Part shown: positions 59,039-64,000 of the stretch, in pieces
Position numbering within the stretch: the first letter of the stretch is position 1
How the letters are laid out: every line of letters starts with the position of its first letter
Assembly: GCA_020060565.1 (NCBI GenBank)
Contig: JAGVAE010000002.1
Span: 243,270 to 307,269 of the forward strand
Reading direction: 5' to 3'
Source of the DNA: Candidatus Woesebacteria bacterium
GTDB taxonomy: Bacteria; Patescibacteriota; Microgenomatia; UBA8517
Length of the DNA: 64,000 bases
Made by a program: the position numbers and the translations under genes
Notes under the pieces: generated by a model
Seen by the model: only the letters and a program-made list of their open reading frames with translations
Database searches by the model: none
Told to the model about the DNA's origin: nothing

Positions 59039-59517
59039 AAAAGATTGTATTAATATTTATAGCTCTAGTGTGGTCAGGTACAGTCTTTGCCTTTGGAATG
59101 AAAGTAGGCATAGATGGAACTGAAAAGAGATTGGCAGATCCAATACTCACCCATCCCAACTACACTGGCCAAGAAATATTGGATGCAGTCAATGAATATA
59201 GACAGACAAAGAAACTATCAACACTCAGACTAGATGAAGAACTTTGTAACAACGTAGTAAATAGGTATTTAGTCTTCAAATCTCCTGAGGCGGATAAAGA
59301 AGGTCATCCTGGTTTTGATGCTTGGGCTGATGCTGAAATAAAGAAGGGTTACAAATATGTTGGTGAAGTATTCTCTGGTGAGTTTACAAAAGAAGAAGTA
59401 ATGAGTGGTTGGAAGGGTTCACCAAGTCACAATGAAGCCTTGGTAAATCCAATCTACAACCGAGGCTGCTCATATGCTGGAGATTATGGAGTTGTCGTTT
59501 TACTTGGTGCTAAATAG
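59035..59517 (+). CDS. CAP/SCP (YkwD-like) domain protein, secreted
   Basis: A signal sequence is followed by a CAP-like region (GHPGFDAW...MSGWKGSPSHNEALVNPIYNRGCSYAGDYGVVVLLG). The ATG at 59035 overlaps the upstream stop (ATGA). It is a paralogue of 161-775. Confidence 0.5.
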   Translation: MKKIVLIFIALVWSGTVFAFGMKVGIDGTEKRLADPILTHPNYTGQEILDAVNEYRQTKKLSTLRLDEELCNNVVNRYLVFKSPEADKEGHPGFDAWADAEIKKGYKYVGEVFSGEFTKEEVMSGWKGSPSHNEALVNPIYNRGCSYAGDYGVVVLLGAK

Positions 59518-60120
59518 TTAGCTTGAATACTTATATACTGCTTTTACAACACCTTCTACCCTAAAATCTTCACCTGCAATAAATGGAGCGTAAGCTGTGT
59601 TGGTAGACCCTAATATTATTTGGTCTTGCCAGTGACTAAATTTTTTAACCATAGCTACCCCACCATCTACACAAATAACAATGTCACCATCTTTGGGAGA
59701 GTTAGTGGCTCTTGCGATGATGTAATCATTCTCTTTTATTAGTGGTGTCATGGAGTCCCCTCGTGCTTTCACCATAAAGGCCTCGCTTGAAGGGAAACCG
59801 AGAATCTTGGTACTTATTGGAATTCTATCAACAGGGTTACCGTCTAAGATTCTGCCATTGGGACCACATTGGGCCAACCCGTACACGTTGAGATAGGTAA
59901 TTTCTTTATCGGGATTGTCGGCTAGAATCTGATAGTCACCAGGATTGTTGGGATTCCTTCTTAAGAATCCTTTCCTTTCCAATTGCAATATATGGTGATG
60001 GACCACGCTAGGGGAAGAGGCTCCAATCCGATCTTGGATGTTCCTTATGCTTAGTCCTTCATCCTTCTCCGATTTTAGTAAGTCTAGTATCTTTTTTTGA
60101 CTGGGATGCAGATCGGGCAT
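59518..60120 (-). CDS. LexA-like repressor (N-terminal wHTH plus C-terminal S24 peptidase domain)
   Basis: The S24 catalytic Ser lies in ARGDSM and the Lys in VKKF. The N-terminal wHTH is LSIRNIQDRIGASSPSVVHHHILQLERKGFL. The putative cleavage region reads LAQCGPNG, with Cys-Gly instead of the usual Ala-Gly. Confidence 0.7.
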   Translation of the reverse strand: MPDLHPSQKKILDLLKSEKDEGLSIRNIQDRIGASSPSVVHHHILQLERKGFLRRNPNNPGDYQILADNPDKEITYLNVYGLAQCGPNGRILDGNPVDRIPISTKILGFPSSEAFMVKARGDSMTPLIKENDYIIARATNSPKDGDIVICVDGGVAMVKKFSHWQDQIILGSTNTAYAPFIAGEDFRVEGVVKAVYKYSS

Positions 60121-60154
60121 GGGTGTATTATGCAGTATAAGTTGACAAAAATCA

Positions 60155-60174
60155 AGAACATTATTGACTGTTCT
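60155..60174. promoter_or_regulatory. inverted repeat AGAACA-N8-TGTTCT overlapping a TTGACT-16-TACAAT promoter in the divergent lexA-like/cassette intergenic region (candidate operator)
   Basis: The repeat was seen directly. TTGACT lies at 60164-60169 and TACAAT about 60186-60191. The arrangement is GAAC...GTTC-like, as in Cheo-type LexA boxes, but with longer spacing. Confidence 0.4.
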
Positions 60175-60202
60175 AGTTTTTGTAGTACAATAGTTTTTAA
60201 TT

Positions 60203-61144
60203 ATGATTCAGGTCAAAAAGAATAAGATCAGAAACTTAGACAGATATTTTGGTTTCTTAAAAGAAGGAGAGCAAATCCGACTTGTTGTTAAATCTTCTGA
60301 TGTTCCTCAAGATAAGATTGTAAAGATAGGTTTTCCTACTAGTTTAGCCAATGGTCAAAAAGTATTACCATCTCCTTTGTTTGGATCTGTTTCTAGTTTT
60401 AATGCGTTGGGTAAAGAAATTGTTAGGAAAGATTTACCAATGGAAACCGCCTACAGAACTGTTGAGTGGCACTGGGAACAGTGGGATGGACCGTACAATA
60501 CAATTCCCATGTCCAAGTTAGTTGATGTTCCATATAAGAGATACCCAAGAGACTTTGTTCCTCCACCATCTAATGAGGTTGAAATTATTCAAAAGGACAA
60601 TGATTTATTCTTTTCTTCCGAGATATTGACGTTTACTCCTGGTGACAAGGAAAACATATTGCATGTAGCAAACTTATTTTTGGAAATCTTTGGTCAGTTT
60701 GAGATTGCCAGCCACAATTTAAGCAGTTATTACACCACTAAAGAGGAAAGACTAAATTGGCAAATTTTGCCTCCTGGTGAATATCCGTGGGAGAAGGTTG
60801 AAGAGAAGCTAAAGCCACTTATTGATTCATTGCCAAAAGGAAACAGACCATGGGCCAAGTACAGGGTGGAGAAAGTTAAGGAATATAAACCAGACTTTCA
60901 TGCTATAGGAACAGGAGGGTTTTGGGGATATGTTGTTTTTGGTTTTACGAGTAAAAATCTCTATGTTTTTGAATGCATAAAGTATGGTAATGCCACCTAT
61001 GTTTTTAACCAGGATTGGAAAGAACTATCTAAACTGACAAAGGCTCAGGTTATACAAGGGGATTTAGCCAAAGCTAGGGTGATTCATCATAAATCCTGGG
61101 TAAAACAGATAGATGAAATTCTCGGAGAAAAACAAAATGGATGA
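60203..61144 (+). CDS. hypothetical protein A (313 aa), first gene of uncharacterised cassette
   Basis: No known domain was recognised. The C-terminal region contains KPDFHAIG...VFECIKYG, which may be a PD-(D/E)xK-like arrangement. Confidence 0.5.
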   Translation: MIQVKKNKIRNLDRYFGFLKEGEQIRLVVKSSDVPQDKIVKIGFPTSLANGQKVLPSPLFGSVSSFNALGKEIVRKDLPMETAYRTVEWHWEQWDGPYNTIPMSKLVDVPYKRYPRDFVPPPSNEVEIIQKDNDLFFSSEILTFTPGDKENILHVANLFLEIFGQFEIASHNLSSYYTTKEERLNWQILPPGEYPWEKVEEKLKPLIDSLPKGNRPWAKYRVEKVKEYKPDFHAIGTGGFWGYVVFGFTSKNLYVFECIKYGNATYVFNQDWKELSKLTKAQVIQGDLAKARVIHHKSWVKQIDEILGEKQNG

Positions 61145-61820
61145 TGAGATTTTAGTTAACCCACTTACCGCTGTTAGGTTGTTTGCCAGAACATACCTAG
61201 CTTTGGGTGAAGAATCTCTTTTTAAAGATAGGAAATTTAAAATAACTAGAGAGGCTTGGATAGCATCCATGTTTCTTTTGGCTCTTAAAAAACACACAAC
61301 TCAGGATTGGTATTTTAAGCCAGAAACTAAGGATGGCTCGCCTGATTTCTATTGCTACACATTTATTGAAGACAAAAGTAAGGGAGGAAATATAAAACCT
61401 CAAATTAAACTTGAAGTTTTTGAATGGAGAAAAGAAGAAGATGAGGCTAATTTTATAGAGGCTTTAAAGAAAATTAAGCTTAATAAAGTTATTGATCCCC
61501 AAATAACAATATTATGTTATATCAGAAGAAATTCAGTAATACCTCCAGCTGTAGATTTGAATAAGAAACTTAAGGAAATCTCTCCTAAGGTGAAAGATAT
61601 CTGGTATCTGGGGGATGTGACACCAGATTCTAAAACTTGGAGGATCACCCAAATATACCCGAATACTTTAGCTATAGACCTGGACTATGATGAGGTTCTA
61701 TCAACTAAAGAGCAACACAGCTTCATCCATTCTTATAGAGGAAAGTCAGAACAACTGGAGTATGAGTCGACAGGTAAAACAGTTAGATTAACACCTGAAT
61801 TTGAATTGAAAGTTGAGTAA
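61137..61820 (+). CDS. hypothetical protein B (227 aa) with PD-(D/E)xK nuclease-like motif
   Basis: An ATGGATGA overlap links it to gene A. The segment ...EAWIASMFLLAL...DGSPDFYCYTFIEDKSKGG...KLEVFEW fits a helix then beta-strand D/PD/ExK restriction-endonuclease-like core. The assignment is inference. Confidence 0.5.
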   Translation: MDDEILVNPLTAVRLFARTYLALGEESLFKDRKFKITREAWIASMFLLALKKHTTQDWYFKPETKDGSPDFYCYTFIEDKSKGGNIKPQIKLEVFEWRKEEDEANFIEALKKIKLNKVIDPQITILCYIRRNSVIPPAVDLNKKLKEISPKVKDIWYLGDVTPDSKTWRITQIYPNTLAIDLDYDEVLSTKEQHSFIHSYRGKSEQLEYESTGKTVRLTPEFELKVE

Positions 61821-61825
61821 CAAAT

Positions 61826-62476
61826 ATGAGTACTGACCAAATAATCACTATTATTTTACAGACACTTGAAGTGCTTGGTGTTCTCGGAGCAACATATTTT
61901 GCAGCTAAGACTGTGAAGCTTTCGCACAATAGTTTGATTGAGCAAAGAGAAAGTGAAGAGCCTGAGGTGGTCATATTTGTAAAACAGTCCAACAATAGTC
62001 TTAATATCATAGATTTGGTCATTAGAAATGAGGGAATAAAAAGTGCTAGAAATATCAAATTTAAGGTGATAGGTAAAAACATAACTTCATTAAGCGACAG
62101 GAAGATTCGTGATATAAGTTTGCTTAAAAATGGAATAGCCTTATTGTCAGGAGGTCAAGAAGTTGTGCAACCCCTAGGTGTAATGCTGGGAGATGCCTTT
62201 AAAGAATATAAAAATGCAAACACCAAGGTACAAGTTACCTACTCAACATCAAATGGAAAGAAGAAGTCTGATTTATTTATTTTGGATTTCAAGGGCTTGA
62301 TTGATAGAAAACTTGGTAAAGACAATATTGAATCAATTGCCGACTCCCTTAAGGATATCCAAGATGAACTACACTCAATCAAAAAGGATATCCATTTGGT
62401 AGCGAACAATGGAATCACCGAACTATTTGCACAGCCAACTTATCCTGGGAAAAATGAAGTAACGCAGCAACTTTAA
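61826..62476 (+). CDS. hypothetical protein C (216 aa), N-terminal TM anchor plus soluble domain
   Basis: It lies 5 nt after gene B. The N-terminal helix is IITIILQTLEVLGVLGATYFAA. No domain was recognised. Confidence 0.5.
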   Translation: MSTDQIITIILQTLEVLGVLGATYFAAKTVKLSHNSLIEQRESEEPEVVIFVKQSNNSLNIIDLVIRNEGIKSARNIKFKVIGKNITSLSDRKIRDISLLKNGIALLSGGQEVVQPLGVMLGDAFKEYKNANTKVQVTYSTSNGKKKSDLFILDFKGLIDRKLGKDNIESIADSLKDIQDELHSIKKDIHLVANNGITELFAQPTYPGKNEVTQQL

Positions 62477-62530
62477 AGTTATTAATAAAGTGAGAGCTTT
62501 ATAAAAAGACTCACAAGTCTTAGAATTAAA

Positions 62531-64000
62531 ATGATGACAAAGCAATTAGACCTACTTAATACTCAAGATAAAAAGAAACCTTGGTCATCTTCTTTAAGGA
62601 AAGCATTTAATTTTTCAAGAACTTCAGGATGGCCAGATGTTTTTTCTCAACAGCTAAGGAAATGGTCTAAGGACAATAAGATAGCTATTAACACCTTAAG
62701 CCTGTTCTCTGGAGGTGGAGGGCTAGATATTGGATTCCATGATGCAGGATTCAAGATAAAAGAGATGGTTGAGATAGAAGAGAAATATGTAAAAACTCTT
62801 TTGCACAATAACAAAAATTGGTTTGATGACTCAAAGATTAATTGTGTAGATATTAGAGAGTATAAACCAGAAAACCTCAAGGTAGATTTCATAATTGGAG
62901 GGCCTCCATGTCAAACCTTCTCTGCTGCTGGTAGAAGAGCAAAGGGGGTAATGGGAATAGACGATCCAAGAGGTAATCTTTTTAAGGAGTATGTACGACT
63001 TTTACAAACTTTAAAGCCAAAGGGATTTTTGTTTGAAAACGTATATGCATTAATTGGGGCACAAAAAGGGAAGCCCTGGAAGCTTATATTAGAAGGATTT
63101 GATTCCGTAGGATATAAAGTACATTATAAAGTTTTGGATGCAGCTGACTACGGAGTACCCCAGCATCGGGAAAGAATTATTATTGTAGGAATAAGGAAAG
63201 ATTTAAATAAGTCGTTTAAGTTTCCATATCCGCTTTGTGGACCAGACTCTACAGAAGAAGAACCCCATTACTCTGCAAAAGAAGCGATAGGTGGTGTGAG
63301 ATTAGACGAAAAGATTAAGCCCGTTAATGGTAAGTATGGCCACTTATTAGACGGTATTCCACCAGGATTAAATTATAGTTTCTACACAGACAAGATGGGA
63401 CACCCCAACCCTGTATTTGGTTGGAGAAGTAAGTTTTCTGATTTTCTTTATAAAGCTGATCCAAATAAACCCGTAAGAGCGATTAAAGCTCAAGGGGGAC
63501 AATATACTGGTCCTTTTAGTTGGGAAAACCGTTTTTTTCATTTATCTGAACTTAAAAGATTGCAAACATTTCCTGACAACTATGAAATTGTTGGGTCAAG
63601 GAATGTTGTTGTAGAGCAAATAGGAAATTCAGTACCCCCGCAATTTGCAAGAATACTTGCTTTATCAGTATTGGATCAAATCTTTGATGTAAAACTTCCA
63701 CTTAATATTCCATATATGGAGGATAGTATCCAGCTTGGATTTCGCACAAGGACACGAGAGTTGACGAAAGAATATGAGCAAAAAGCCAGAGAAGCTATAA
63801 AACTCATGGTAAAAAGTGATGGACCGAAGTCTAGAAGGATACCGCAGACAAAAGACATAAGGTACTTGTTGTTAAATAAAATGAAGTGGCTTAAGAAAAA
63901 AGTTGATGATGCTACTGAGATTATAGTCAAACATGCAGAAAAAGAAGGTGATGTCTGGGAGATTACTGCAAGCAATAAAAATATTGAAAATAAAAAGATT
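62531..64000 (+). CDS. DNA (cytosine-5)-methyltransferase (3' end outside window)
   Basis: This ORF is absent from the supplied six-frame track. The frame is open to the window end. Motif I is LFSGGGGLDIGF, motif IV GGPPCQTFS, motif VI ENV, motif VIII QHRERIIIVG and motif X GNSVPPQFA. A further C-terminal extension follows. Confidence 0.85.
   Translation, partial: MMTKQLDLLNTQDKKKPWSSSLRKAFNFSRTSGWPDVFSQQLRKWSKDNKIAINTLSLFSGGGGLDIGFHDAGFKIKEMVEIEEKYVKTLLHNNKNWFDDSKINCVDIREYKPENLKVDFIIGGPPCQTFSAAGRRAKGVMGIDDPRGNLFKEYVRLLQTLKPKGFLFENVYALIGAQKGKPWKLILEGFDSVGYKVHYKVLDAADYGVPQHRERIIIVGIRKDLNKSFKFPYPLCGPDSTEEEPHYSAKEAIGGVRLDEKIKPVNGKYGHLLDGIPPGLNYSFYTDKMGHPNPVFGWRSKFSDFLYKADPNKPVRAIKAQGGQYTGPFSWENRFFHLSELKRLQTFPDNYEIVGSRNVVVEQIGNSVPPQFARILALSVLDQIFDVKLPLNIPYMEDSIQLGFRTRTRELTKEYEQKAREAIKLMVKSDGPKSRRIPQTKDIRYLLLNKMKWLKKKVDDATEIIVKHAEKEGDVWEITASNKNIENKKI

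Larger units (their letters stand above)
54057..64000. mobile_element. putative integrated mobile element (prophage-like or integrative plasmid-like), right end beyond window
   Basis: The left boundary abuts the secA stop. The region carries a serine integrase, DUF5659, a primase-helicase, a palindrome-rich non-coding region, XRE and LexA-like repressors, unknown genes and a C5-MTase. The left boundary is inferred. Confidence 0.55.

Noticed and set aside
62647-63975. Minus-strand ORFs 62647-62892 and 63676-63975
   Set aside because: They lie entirely inside the well-supported C5-methyltransferase reading frame on the opposite strand and have low-complexity products, so they are probably spurious.

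Overview
This 64 kb window comes from an AT-rich, very gene-dense bacterial chromosome. Short intergenic gaps, many ATGA/TAATG start-stop overlaps, frequent TTG/GTG starts, an archaeal-type AspRS and DUF5320/DUF134 genes suggest a reduced-genome, possibly Patescibacteria/CPR-like, organism. That taxonomic guess is inference only.

Coordinates 1 to about 54050 are mostly housekeeping, ordered as follows:
- dtd 3' end, a CAP-domain protein, an Endo III-like glycosylase, secD/secF, a CCA-adding enzyme and recJ.
- aspS, a D-Ala-D-Ala carboxypeptidase, gltX and a MacA/MacB-like ABC efflux trio.
- a GH18 glycosidase, a pentapeptide-repeat protein, a Nudix hydrolase and glutamate dehydrogenase.
- a Fic-domain protein preceded by 20-bp tandem repeats, a DEAD-box helicase, a GIY-YIG protein and dus in an operon with membrane proteins.
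- a DUF5320/DUF134 pair followed by znuACB.
- thioredoxin-like genes, tRNA-Gln(CUG), dgkA, a PAP2 phosphatase, lon and tRNA-Glu(CUC).
- greA with a leader hairpin, lysS, HD/CYTH/NDT-like genes, serS, a second Nudix hydrolase, rarA, a secreted bactofilin-like repeat protein, a spermidine-synthase-like gene and secA.

From about 54057 to the window end is an apparent integrated mobile element inserted directly at the secA 3' end. It encodes a large serine recombinase, a DUF5659 protein, a TOPRIM primase fused to a RepA-like ATPase, and an AT-rich non-coding region holding a perfect 22-bp palindrome. It also encodes an XRE repressor, a CAP-domain protein and a LexA-like S24 repressor. Divergent from the LexA-like gene, and carrying an inverted-repeat operator, is a cassette of three uncharacterised genes. 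One of them has a PD-(D/E)xK-like motif and one is membrane-anchored. The cassette is followed by a C5-cytosine DNA methyltransferase that is truncated by the window end.

That cassette is the best candidate for an undescribed system, possibly a repressor-controlled restriction/defence module. No CRISPR array, rRNA, tmRNA or RNase P RNA was recognised.
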